Assembly (NCBI RefSeq): GCF_037042905.1
Contig: NC_087255.1
Location: 18,476,001 to 18,540,000 of the forward strand
DNA from: Lytechinus pictus
Taxonomy: Eukaryota
Reading direction: 5' to 3'
DNA: 64,000 bases
Of this stretch, positions 25,401-35,030 are shown piece by piece. Under the pieces are notes generated by a model. It did no database searches. It saw only the letters and a program-made list of their open reading frames with translations, and was not told the origin of the DNA. The stretch's first letter is position 1; the number at the start of each line of letters is the position of its first letter. The position numbers and the translations under genes are program-made.

Positions 25401-28162
25401 ATTTGAATTTGCAAATAGTCATATAATCCTCAAGCTAGGGCTGAGTAATGTCAGAATTTTTACTTCCAATTTCCAACTCTGTTGTATTGGTAGAAACTGG
25501 TATTTTGATAGATGGATGCCAAAATTTTTAAGACAAAAAAATCAATGATTTAATGCTCCAAACAATTTAATTCTTAAGTTATATTAAGTTATATTAAAAG
25601 TATTATACTTCAAATAGAACTAAAGAATTTAGTTATATATATATATATATTTTTTTTTTTTTATGGTGGTACATGTAGCGCAAAGGTGGCTTGTAATTCC
25701 CTCCATGCTTCTTTCCCTTCACAGGGTTTCCCCCTTTTCAAGCAGTTATTATCCGGATTGATCACATGCCAAACCAAAGACCTTTTCTGCCTTATTCATA
25801 TCACCTCTTTATTTGTTATATCGACATGTGCAATTTTCTGAAAATTCTTAATGTAAAAGCCAGTGGAGGAACTTTTTTTTAAATATATGATAGACTTGAA
25901 TTGAAATTGAATTGAACTGAATTAACACCCTCGATTTCTTTTGTTGTGTTTGTTTCCAAACAATAATCAAAGAAATCGTAAGCAGGCTTGGCGTGTTACA
26001 CCTCCACCCTTATCAAAACTACAGGTACCTTTGTCTCTTCTGTCTCTGCAAGAACAGTCTCTGTCTCTACTTTAGCACTTTCAACAGGATCTGCTTTAGC
26101 TTTAGCCCCCGAATCCCCAGCACTCTCCTTGGCGGATGCAGCGGCTTTGGCTTTCACGGAGGCCGGTGTCGTCTTCTTTACCACCTTCACTGGCTTCTTT
26201 TTAGCCGCTGATGCAGTTTTCCCTGCCGTAGGCTTGGCGGTGGCTTGCTTTGTTGCTGCTCCCGACTTTGCAGCTACGGGGGTCTTCTTCACAACCTTCT
26301 TGGTCTTGTTGGCCGGTGTTGTGCCAGTTGACGTTGCCTTGGCAGGAGTTGTCGAAGCAGCTGTTGAGGAGGCTGTGGTGGGTTGCTTGGTTTTAGGAGG
26401 TTGTTCACTTGTGGTTTCAGTCTTTGGCGTTGATTCCTCACTGGCAGCAGGAGTTGAGGTGGTCTGCTTTGTGGCTTTGGCCGTAGCGAGACTTGCTGAT
26501 TTTTTAACAGTCTTTGTCTGTGCTGTGGATTTTGTGGTTTTGGCGACTTTCTTTACTGCTGAAGTAATGAAGAGAATTGCGTCTAGTAATTGACAGACGT
26601 CTGTTCAAGCAATGAACTGAAAACGTTTGGTTTACACAAGCATATAAACAGGAAAGTTAATGGATATTAACTAGAAGCTACACAAACTTATTCATACAAA
26701 GCACATTATAACAGCAACTACACAACACAGAGCTACATGAATTTAAAGATTTTTGTTGTTGCTATATTATGTTGTTTGGTACTTTGGTTTTCATGCTACC
26801 AAACTGAGGACCCAAATCTGTTTTCCATGACAAGATAAAAATAAATGGCTATAAATCTCCTGGTCTACATGTAGCTCAATTTAATGAAAAGTTACTAAAT
26901 CATTCATTTTCTTTTTAAAAAATGAATAAAAAATAAATATTACTGGTAATTTTGTATATGATCTCAACTTGGATTCTCCTTTTCATGACTGGAACATTTT
27001 GTTCCATAAAAAATGCTACCACCTGCATATTACGCCCAAAACTAAATCTAAACCACTAGATCTAATTCTTACCCTCAAATTATTCAACAGACCTGTCCCT
27101 ACCAAGACCTTTTAAACCCTTGCCTTGACAGAATGAAGACGCAAGTTGTAGTCGGGTCAACAAACTGAATCATATTCAGATATCTTAGAGGGAAAGCGAA
27201 CTGACCAACATTTGTATGGACTCTCATTAGCCGCGTGTTATAAATGGATAATCTTGAAACACATATCATTTGAGATACATGCAGCTATTAGTAATACAGA
27301 GAGTAAAATGGCCTATGATGTTTCTGTGGAGAAATGAAAATGTTTCTTGAGAGGAAATGTACCTGTTTTACTAATTGGTAACATAATCACAGTGACATAA
27401 ATGTACTGGATAGCGAATTAATCTGCTATCATTCCAGTGGGCCTACACTACTCAGAATGTTGCATTATGGGTAATGAAATTGGCCAGATTTTAGTAGTTG
27501 AGAACTTGAAATAGGGATATCATTACAGCTGCTGCTTTGTATGCCCTTTTAAAGGGGAATTTCACCCTGACAAAAAGTTGTAAAAATAGCAGAAAACTAA
27601 TGAAAAATATGGTGAAGGTTTGAGGAAAATGCATCAAAGATATAAAGTTATGAGAATTTCAATCTTTTAATTTGTGATGTAATATGCAAGCAGCTTCCTA
27701 TGTGTCGTGAATTAAAGAAAAGCAGTGAACTGTCATGTTCTAAGAAAACTGAAAATGGGTTTCATTGTACCTTCAGTATATCGACAAATCATTTCAAACC
27801 TGCTCCTGAAAGAAGAATATTTCTACTGATCATGAACCATTAAAACATTGAAATTTATGCATTTTAAATTACATACATGTAACACACGGGGCAGCTGCTC
27901 GTATATGACGTCACAAATCAAAAAATAGAATTCAAATAACTTTACTCTTTAAGGCATGTTTCTCAAACCTTCACCAATTTTTTTTTTTTCTTGTATTTTT
28001 ACAGCAAATTTTTTGTCAGGGTGAACTTCCCCAAATAGGACAGGGTATCAAAGAGGAACTTACCAACTTTCTTGGCAGGTGTAGTGGTCTTTACTTCTTC
28101 ATCAAAGTCATCATCCACCGGTGCCATAATATCTGTCAGAACATTCACTACATCTTCGCCTC
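4329..28162 (-). CDS. YTHDC1: YTH domain-containing protein 1 (nuclear m6A reader), multi-exon, partial: join(28162-28064, 26558-26029, 24594-24555, 24014-23748, 23045-22941, 21829-21776, 20683-20586, 5881-5773, 5272-5070, 4474-4329)
   Basis: Manually spliced GT-AG exons join in compatible phases. Translation gives NVLTDIM, an acidic tract, [19 protein letters not shown] and the YTH domain [42 protein letters not shown]...[15 protein letters not shown]...WVLP...GGVFKVDW...[19 protein letters not shown], in the same order as vertebrate YTHDC1. Confidence 0.95.
4809..4996. mobile_element. MITE, same family as 24733-25008
   Basis: gtctcacaaagagttgtgatt ... aatcacaactctttgtaagac TIRs and shared internal sequence. 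Confidence 0.65.
5070..5272 (-). CDS. YTHDC1: YTHDC1 exon, YTH core (GFARM...WVLPNGM...GGVFKVDW...KIGRDGQ)
   Basis: TAG acceptor, GTAGG donor, lies within ORF 4971..5288, canonical YTH motifs. Confidence 0.96.
5773..5881 (-). CDS. YTHDC1: YTHDC1 exon, YTH ([37 protein letters not shown])
   Basis: CAG acceptor, GTAAG donor, lies within ORF 5687..5887, contains the aromatic-cage Trp of GVW. Confidence 0.96.
7248..7313 (-). pseudogene. tRNA-like fragment (Pol III A/B boxes) within the Helentron-type element
   Basis: Minus strand reads GTGGCTCAATGGATAACGC...GGTTCGAGTCC. Anticodon and acceptor stems do not pair well. Confidence 0.55.
7447..9428. repeat. Direct tandem duplication, unit ~1000 bp (7447-8430 and 8447-9428)
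   Basis: Near-identical sequence at a ~1000-bp offset, also seen as paired spurious ORFs 8046..8408 / 9043..9405. Confidence 0.95.
9921..10205 (+). mobile_element. tRNA-derived SINE (Deu/Nin-type core)
   Basis: A box tggcccagtgg, B box ggttcaaatcc, core gtgctgcactcgacccaggtgaggtaaatgggtac, (ATT)n tail. Five related copies in the window. Confidence 0.85.
10477..10632 (-). mobile_element. tRNA-derived SINE, degenerate copy
   Basis: Reverse complement of the same core (gggtacccattcacctc...gagtgcagcaca). Confidence 0.75.
11100..11300. repeat. Inverted repeat (~75-bp arms), probably part of a non-autonomous transposon
   Basis: aatttggtgggaatcggtccatgggggccttagatatgacctcatgaata ... tattcatgaggtcatatctaaggcccccatggaccgattcccaccaaaatt. 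Confidence 0.8.
12222..12346 (-). CDS. BEN cassette terminal exon (BEN domain C-half and stop)
   Basis: CAG acceptor. Encodes [41 protein letters not shown], with TGA at 12224-12222. Confidence 0.85.
12222..17456 (-). CDS. BEN domain protein cassette nested in the YTHDC1 intron: join(17456-16638, 15591-13671, 12953-12759, 12346-12222), 1019 aa + stop
   Basis: Four GT-AG exons join in phases 0/0/1/1 with no stop over 3060 nt. The C-terminus [23 protein letters not shown]...[15 protein letters not shown]...[17 protein letters not shown] fits the BEN consensus (LF...L...S/TL, LDP, W..C, terminal R). A predicted coiled coil spans the exon 1/2 junction. Confidence 0.85.
12759..12953 (-). CDS. BEN cassette exon 3 (BEN domain N-half)
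   Basis: TTTTAG acceptor and GTATGT donor. Encodes [65 protein letters not shown]. Confidence 0.87.
13671..15591 (-). CDS. BEN cassette exon 2 (1921 nt, disordered region)
   Basis: TTTCCCCAG acceptor, ORF 13612..15585, GTATGT donor in phase 1. Confidence 0.88.
16638..17456 (-). CDS. BEN cassette exon 1 (basic PAKKKR, acidic tract, start of coiled coil)
   Basis: Pyrimidine tract + CAG at 17459-17457, in frame with ORF 16620..17402, GTAAAT donor in phase 0. Confidence 0.8.
19919..20137. mobile_element. MITE with GG..CC ends and 8-bp TSD (superfamily uncertain)
   Basis: TTTAGAAT at 19911-19918 and 20138-20145, imperfect TIRs, internal ttagg-like repeats. Confidence 0.6.
20586..20683 (-). CDS. 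YTHDC1: YTHDC1 exon, start of YTH ([32 protein letters not shown])
   Basis: TAG acceptor and phase-0 GTAAG donor. Close match to the YTH N-terminal motif [19 protein letters not shown]. Confidence 0.96.
20763..20982 (-). mobile_element. tRNA-derived SINE
   Basis: Same family as 9921-10205. B box is ggattcgaacc on the plus strand, with core and tail. Confidence 0.85.
21776..21829 (-). CDS. YTHDC1: YTHDC1 54-nt exon ([17 protein letters not shown])
   Basis: Pyrimidine tract + CAG, GTAAT donor, phase 1-1, open frame. Confidence 0.8.
22150..22670. mobile_element. Degenerate MITE related to 38270-38851
   Basis: Shares internal motifs cctcccattggcaatg and ggggtatattttcagtgt. Ends are eroded and boundaries approximate. 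Confidence 0.5.
22941..23045 (-). CDS. YTHDC1: YTHDC1 exon ([34 protein letters not shown])
   Basis: CAG/GTAAG sites, phase 1-1. Basic-SPIV motif as in vertebrate YTHDC1. Confidence 0.88.
23748..24014 (-). CDS. YTHDC1: YTHDC1 acidic (Glu-rich) exon ending [16 protein letters not shown]
   Basis: CAG acceptor, GTTAGT donor, phase 1-1. Glu-rich tract followed by DxRSEAS as in vertebrate YTHDC1. Confidence 0.88.
24555..24594 (-). CDS. YTHDC1: YTHDC1 40-nt exon ([13 protein letters not shown])
   Basis: Long T tract + AAG acceptor and GTAAG donor. Phase 0 to 1 bridges the neighbouring exons. Confidence 0.78.
24733..25008. mobile_element. MITE (Harbinger-like)
   Basis: gggccccgtcttacaaagagttacgattgatcc ... 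ggatcaatcgcaactctttgtaagacagggccc TIRs, CTG/CAG flanks. Confidence 0.8.
26029..26558 (-). CDS. YTHDC1: YTHDC1 Lys/Ala/Thr-rich low-complexity exon
   Basis: CAGCAG acceptor and open frame ([10 protein letters not shown]...[14 protein letters not shown]...ETEETK), phase 1 to 0. The donor GTACCT is weak, so the 3' boundary is less certain. Confidence 0.8.
27553..28032. mobile_element. TTAA-type MITE (Kolobok-like), same family as 58462-58957
   Basis: TTAA|aggggaatttcaccctgacaaaaa ... tttttgtcagggtgaacttcccc. Confidence 0.75.
28064..28162 (-). CDS. YTHDC1: YTHDC1 early coding exon ([32 protein letters not shown])
   Basis: TAG/GTAAG sites, phase 1-1. Resembles the vertebrate N-terminal NVLDDIL motif. 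Confidence 0.85.
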
Positions 28163-28247
28163 CTAGTAAACATGACAGAGATGCAAATCAAGTTTAAATA
28201 TTTTAGAAGGTCTCAATAAATTAATCAAAAGTGGAATTAATAATAGC

Positions 28248-28505
28248 TGGATTTATTTACCGCTTTTTGCCTGAGGATACAAAGCGCTTGCTATTTTTAC
28301 CCCGGCTTTAACTCGAGCTACCCTCACCGGCGCTCAGTGCATGCAAGGATTTAATCCTGCCGGGCACCCATTCACCTCACCTGGGTTGAGTGCAGCAACA
28401 GAGTGGATGAATTTCTTGCTGAATGAAAACACGCAATGGCTAGGATTCGAACCCACAACCCTCCGTTTGAAAGGCAAGTCAGAACCACTAGACCACGACG
28501 CGCCC
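28248..28505 (-). mobile_element. tRNA-derived SINE
   Basis: Same core. Minus strand has an A box (gtggtctagtgg) and a B box (ggttcgaatcc). Confidence 0.82.
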
Positions 28506-30369
28506 ACAATACCAAGGTGCACATGCAAAGAGGCGATTTTGTCAGACTATCACATCATGGCTTCATGATAATCAAGTCAAGATCAAATTTTTGGTCAACT
28601 AGATCTGAGTTATATACTGTATTCAGACATTTCAAAGGAGAGGGTCTGGAAAATTGAACTTTGAAATATTGTATAAAAACAAATTTTATGACTTTTTTTC
28701 AGCACATCATACATGTATACTCATTGATAGGCTTAGTTTTATCGTCTTTCCGCTGATGCCCAAAATCAAAGTGTTGATTATTAAAAGGCAACTTGTCTTT
28801 CCGTTGATGCCCACAATCAAAGTGTTGATTATTATGGCAATTGAAATTGCTATACCATAAAAAATCTGGTGACCTACACTGTATGTACATGTGATTGTTT
28901 CACAAGCAATCTACATGTTCATCAAAATCGGTCATAGACTAAATTTGAAATTTACTTGCAGACGTGCACGCATATACGTTAAGCCGCTCTTTGGCAACCA
29001 GTCATTTTTTAAACCATATAGGCCTAAAGCAAAGATGAAGACTGAAATACAAGTATGAAGATGTACCAATAATTCTCGCATGACCATGTTTTGTGCAGGA
29101 TCGCATATGTCTCAATATTTAATCTTGAAAAACTGATAAAACCAACTGAAAGAGCGACCCAAAACTACCCAGTTTTGTAACTTTCTTGAAGGGGTCTGCA
29201 TTTGTGAAAATATTGGCCAAACATCTACAAATTTTGTCAACATTTGCATCCATTTTGAAAAATCTGAACTATGCTACACTTACAAGCCTCAAGAAAATCA
29301 CATTTTTGCATGCAGTTGTCTTAAAACTTGTAGGTAAATTGGCTTTTTAAACTACATCTGATATAAATATCTTACCTTAATACATGTATCTGTTTGACTT
29401 TTTTTCTAAAATTTTGCAAATTTCTTGTGCGTGAAATATACATGTAGGTCACACGCTTTTTATGACTGGGGGGGGGGGGGGGGGGAGTAGCGCGCATTTG
29501 CCGATTGGCATAGAATCATTATACATTCAAAATCCTTTGACCTATATGTAGGTCTATTCAATAATTCTGTCATGCGATATTGACTCCAGGATCTTGCCTT
29601 TCATATGGCATTTATGATTTTGGTTTATTTTTTTGTCTTTTAATGTACGGTTGGAACTACCCCTTATTGACCACCTAATTTTCTAAGCACCGCATCTGCG
29701 ATAATATTTATCAGTTTTACCTAGCTTTTATCTCATTTGTGTAGAAAATTAAGCAGATCAGATTCCCATGTTTCGATTGACGACTCCGATTCTATTCATG
29801 TATATATATATCGGCCAGCAAGAAACGCAACGATTTTACATTTGCACCCTTCTTTTGAAAATCGACCACCAGCGATACACTAAGTTTACGGCCGATTCTT
29901 GTCGGGGTAGCAAAATATTTTGACTCTTCCAAATCAGTTCTATGATGTCAACATGCTAAATAATACTAATTATTTATATTCACGTATTAAATTTTAGTAT
30001 TTGTGAAATGATAATTTTCATCTATAAATTGTTCTTCAAAACGACATCGCTAACCGGATGTACGTCATACATAAGTGGTTCAAGGGTTGACCCTATTGTA
30101 TTTGCGTTGTGTACATGTTGATCGAGGGATCTACACGAGATCGGTCTGGTAAGAAACCTTCATTTTTTTACATTTTTATTGACCATTTTTTTAAACCTTA
30201 AACGCCTAATGCGTAGGAAGGTGTAGAAATAAATAAAAATTAACACAATTTACGTGATTTTTATTTTAAAAGATGGAAAATCCATCTTTGTTTTGGTCAG
30301 TCTCTTATTCATATATAACTGGGGGTTCAAGACTCCATGATGAAGAAGTATGTGTATAAATATTAATAA

Positions 30370-30548
30370 TGGCAAAAAGAAGCTGCTGAAAACTGCTTAT
30401 CTATAAAAAAAAGAGAGCCAATGGAGTAAATTAGAAAGTCAAAAGGGGCCTAAGCTTTCGATCCTAGCAGAATCTTTGTCGGAGGCAAAATGGCCTCCGA
30501 CGAAGATTCTGCTAGGATCGAAAGCTTAGGCCCCTTTTGACTTTCTAA
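30370..30548. mobile_element. Penelope-like retroelement footprint: 56-bp-arm palindrome with flanking direct repeat
   Basis: Near-perfect hairpin 30431-30548. taaatattaataa occurs at 30357-30369 and 30546-30558. Contains a ccgacgaag...cgaaagctt motif. Confidence 0.55.
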
Positions 30549-30959
30549 ATATTAATAAAACATCATCATGGAGTCCTCAAGACTAGGTCACCCCATCATT
30601 ATTTTTATCACTAAATTCAGCTCTCGATCTCTCCCCAAATTCAATTGCAACTGACATTGGTCCATGATGTGCTAGCACGATTACGATGCCACATGCTTAC
30701 ATATAAAATAGTATACAAATAATGCATGCAGCAGAGTGCGTTAGTGGAGATGCAGAGCACGCGAAGTTTCTTTAGATAGGTGCCGCACTATGCACAAGCC
30801 GCTGGCGGCGAGTGCCCAGTGTGCACCATCTGAAGAAACCGAGCTTTCTCTGCATTTACTTTTATGCACGACATTTAGAGCCAACATAAAGTTCCTCACA
30901 CGTATAAATTCGCTGCCGATTTTAAAACATCGCATGCGATATGCGCGAGGTAGTTTGTA

Positions 30960-32637
30960 ATCCTTAGAGTGTAAATTCGATGTAAAAAAGCATATCGAAG
31001 TGTGGACAGTTAATCGGCAAAAGGGAGGATGAGATAACACATGCGAGCTCACACTAACACACTACCGTCGGTGAATGGGGATGATAGTAAAATGTCAAAA
31101 ATTGTTGAATAAATCCCCAGAAATGACGGTTATTCCTGTCTATCACTCACCATGCCACACGTAGCCTGGAGGCGTCCGGGTAGTAAAAGTCATCTACTCT
31201 ACGTAGGCTTACTCCCCACTGACGCCTGGGACGCCAAGGTACATTCACGCACGTACGGCCACAAAACCTGAAACTTTCGCCCCCCGAGATTTCTACTTTC
31301 CCTCTAAAAGATCTAGCCCTAAAACATGTATAACCACATATCGACCACCTCTTTTGAAACCGACCACCTTGCGCGCATTAAAATTATTGCGTATTACAAA
31401 CGATACGCGCGGGAGAGTAGGCGCAGTGTCCATAGGAACGGTAAGAATCGATTTTACGAGAGAAGAAGAAGGGGAAAAAGGTAAAAATTTAGTAGAATTT
31501 ATCAAAATTGTTTTGACTAGACCCGAACCCCGCCGAAAAACAGTTGTTCATACCAAGAAATCCGATAGGAAACGGCTTTAGAACAAATATCCGTCGTCAA
31601 TCGTCGAATCATGTGCCGGAGCTCGCAGTGGAAGGAGTGAGACGATTATTTAGCATGTTGACATCATAGAACTGATTTGGAAGAGTAAAAATATTTCGCA
31701 ACCGCGACAAGAATCGGCCGTAAACTTAGTGTATCGCGGGTGGTCGGTTTCAAAAGAAGGGTGGAAATGAGCAAACATAAAATCGTCGTATTCGTTGTTC
31801 GCCAATATATACGCGAATTGAATCGGAGTCGCCGATCGAAACATGGGAATCTGATCTGTTCAATTTTCTGCACAAATGAGACGAAAACTGGGTAAAACTG
31901 ATAAATATTTTCGCAGATACGATGCTTAGAAAATTAGGTGGTCGATAAGGGGTAGTTCCAACCGTACATGGGGTTCAACTTAATTTCCAACATTTCTGCG
32001 TTATCGATTTCGTTTTTAAAGAAGAATTGCGCGATTTGCGTCCTGTCACCAAGCGGAAGACAAAGAAATCAAGATCGATGGCGACGTAAACACGGCCGTA
32101 AGCTCTTTCCATCTTTTCATAACATTTTTCTTGTTTTTTTATTGAATTCTTCTTTAAAAACGAAATGGATATATATCGCAGAAATGTTGGAAATGAAGTT
32201 GAAGTTTGAACCCCATTGTAGGGCCTAACAAAGTTACATGTTTTAGGGCTAGATCTTTTAGAGGGAAAGTAGAAATCTCAGGGGCGAAAGTTTCAGGTTT
32301 TGTGGCCATACGTGCGTGAATATACCTTGGCGTCCCAGGCGTCAGTGGGGAGTAAGCCTACGTAGAGTAGATAACTTTTACTCCCCAGATGCCTCCGGCT
32401 CCAGACACGCCGTCACTCCCCGCGGCCGCGTCACTCGTCAGGCATAAAAATTGCTAGACAGGAATAACCGTCGTTTCTGGGGATTTATTCAACAATTTCT
32501 GACATTTTACTGTAATCCCCATTTACCGACGGTAGGGTGTACGTGTGGGCTCGCATGTGTTCTCATTCCCTCCCTTTTGTCAATTCACAGTCCAAAGTTT
32601 GATGTAATTTTACACATCGAATTTACAATCTAAGGAT
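30960..32637. repeat. Inverted repeat pair B (30960-31333) / B' (32233-32637)
   Basis: Reverse-complement match, e.g. ctacgtaggcttactccccactgacgcctgggacgccaagg versus ccttggcgtcccaggcgtcagtggggagtaagcctacgtag. Confidence 0.9.
31151..31193 (-). CDS. Candidate first coding exon of YTHDC1 (MTFTTRTPPGYVWH)
   Basis: ATG at 31193, strong GTGAGT donor at 31150, phase 1 as required by the 28162 exon, in a CpG-rich region. No homology support, and it lies inside a repeat copy. Confidence 0.3.
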
Positions 32638-34644
32638 GTATAACCAACAAACTTTTAAAACTTGATATTTCATTATCAAAATACTTTAAACGATATAGAT
32701 GAAAAGGCATGAAAATTATACTTTACCGATGTTTAATTGGGTTGAACACGATAAAAATGGTCAAAATGGCAGCCAAACTATGAAATATTTACAAACGAAC
32801 GGAGAGGGCGTCAACAATCACGAATGTGATATCGATATTGCTTTCGATATTATACGATCTGCTCCTTATACGATACGATACACTACACGAAGATAAACGA
32901 TACTAGTTATAATCGCGATATATCGAGACATTAAAAACTTAATAACGATAATGACGTCATTCAAGATGGCAACTTGCAAGAAAAACCGTCAGGTCAGGTG
33001 AAAATGTCTTAGATGACAGATTTCTCAATCATCCAGAGGATTTTTTTCAATAACTCCGGCCCAAGGTATGCAATTACTTAAGTTATTTATATTTCCCTGA
33101 TAATAGAAACCATGAAACTTTTAAATTTGCTTAAAAAACAGTTTTAAATCGCGATCTATAAAACGCTACTTCACTATACGTTGGCTGTAGGTACGGGCCC
33201 CCATCCTCTTCAGTCTATGTATTGGTCTAGGTATGTGACAAAAAAAATGAAAATCATCAAATATGAATAAATTTGGCCTTGGTACCACTTGAAAGCTCTT
33301 AAAAAGACCTTTAAAATGATACCAAGAACTTTAATTTTCATCAAGAACTTAGAAAGTTATTCCAGTTTAAGTTGCGCATATTCATCCAAATTTGTGGTCA
33401 TTGTCTTAATGTAAAGTCAATGGAGTACAGAACCCATTTTTGTGACCATTTTGTGACCATTTTGAACCCAAGTCTTCAACAGGTTCTAACTCCTTTGTTT
33501 TTGAGTCCTATGAAGTAATTTAGGTATCAATGGAAAGGTGAGAGAATGTTCAATTGATGTATATCAATTCATCTTGTAATTTTTCTTATTATGTGTAAAA
33601 TAATTTCTTCTAATTAATTCTAATTAATTATGCAAATAACACAAAATCACAATTACTCGCCTCTTTTTTTGCCAAATGAAGGTGATTATGATAGATAATT
33701 CATATAATTTAGTTGGCATCAAGACAGCATCATGTAGATAATTTCCTAAATGAATTTGTCTAAAGTATTGTTATTGTAATTTCTAATGTATTTCTTTGTT
33801 TTTCTGATATAAATTACAAGCTCTTTTTCAACTTAGTATTGTAATTTTGTATATGTGTATGTACGGGGGTCCTTTTTTACATATAAAACATTTTCTTTTG
33901 TACTTTGTATGACCAAATAAAAATATGTGTGCTTTTTTTCTGATGATTTTGATTGTTTCACCAATTCCTTATGTATTCTATTGTTTCAACAATTTGTTAT
34001 ACATGTTTAATATGTAGCTTTTGATTTGAGAGACAATGGACATGTGATTACATTTTTTTAGAAGGAATGAGCAGCTGAGTGTAAAATATGTATGTAGAAT
34101 TGTATGCAATTTATTTCAAGTATCAAGAAGGACGAAAATTAAGTTTTAATATATTCTATCAGTTGTCAATGTCTTATATTTGTATACATACATTGTATTA
34201 CTAAGGCCCTGTTTGAGCTCTCTTTTTAAAGAAAAATAAATAAATTCAAATTATTAGTCGAAGCCAAAAGAAAAGGAAAAGAGTGGTCTATTTCTTTCAA
34301 AACAAAACAAAAAACAACCAGGAAAAATATATAACAAAGCTCTAAACAACAACAAAACAGACATCAAAGCTCCAAACAAGCACTAAAAACTAGAGAAACA
34401 AAAGTGACACAAAAACTTGTACCAATCCCATCCCCATTTTCCAATTCAAAACACAACCCCCACCTGCGCCCCTAAAAAAAAAAAAAAAGTGAATAAAAAA
34501 ATAAATAGTAAAATTAATAATAAAGAAAACATAAATACATGACTTAGACCCATCTGGAAATGAAATATTCTTTCCTCTGAGTTTTCATGTATTTTCTTAC
34601 AAGAGTGAAAAAAATTACAACAAAAAAATAAACAACATCTAGTT

Positions 34645-35030
34645 CGTGCATTTTAATAAAAAAAATCAACATTTAAGATATTCTCCTTTCAAAAGCAAAT
34701 CCAGTCTCCTAATAATGAAATATGACCCCCCAAAAATGAAAAAATAAACAATACAATAATTTAAAAAAGAAACTTTAAAAAATATATAAAAAAAGAAACT
34801 GAAAAATTAACAATTTTTGCATTTTAATTAAAAAGTCAACATTTATGATATTCCCCTTTCAAAAGCAAATTCAGTCTCAAAATAATGAAACATGATTGAA
34901 AAGTTTCAAAATATATTTTTTTTCTACAAAAGAAAAAAAAGAAACACTATAGATTTTGCATTTTAATTTAATAAGTCAACATTAATATTCCACTTCCAAA
35001 AGAATCCAGTTTCCAAATGATAAAACATGA
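34645..35030. repeat. Three degenerate tandem copies of an AT-rich unit
   Basis: gcattttaat...tcaacatt...atattc...aaaag...ccagt recurs at ~34648, ~34819 and ~34958. Confidence 0.65.

Larger units (their letters stand above)
29643..31969. repeat. Inverted repeat pair A (29643-29964) / A' (31645-31969)
   Basis: atgtacggttggaactacccc...acatgctaaataat is the reverse complement of attatttagcatgt...ggggtagttccaaccgtacat, with scattered mismatches. Confidence 0.9.
30700..33000. promoter_or_regulatory. CpG-rich region, likely containing the YTHDC1 promoter
   Basis: Visibly higher CpG density than the YTHDC1 introns, directly 5' of the first secure exon. YY1-like AAAATGGC/AAGATGGC motifs near 32763 and 32963. 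Confidence 0.35.

Noticed and set aside
25988-26593. 201-aa hydrophobic plus-strand ORF
   Set aside because: Antisense shadow of the Lys/Ala/Thr-rich YTHDC1 exon.
32960-33005. Plus-strand first exon MATCKKNRQ of a divergent gene
   Set aside because: YY1-like ATGGC context and a possible donor, but no downstream plus-strand exons could be identified.
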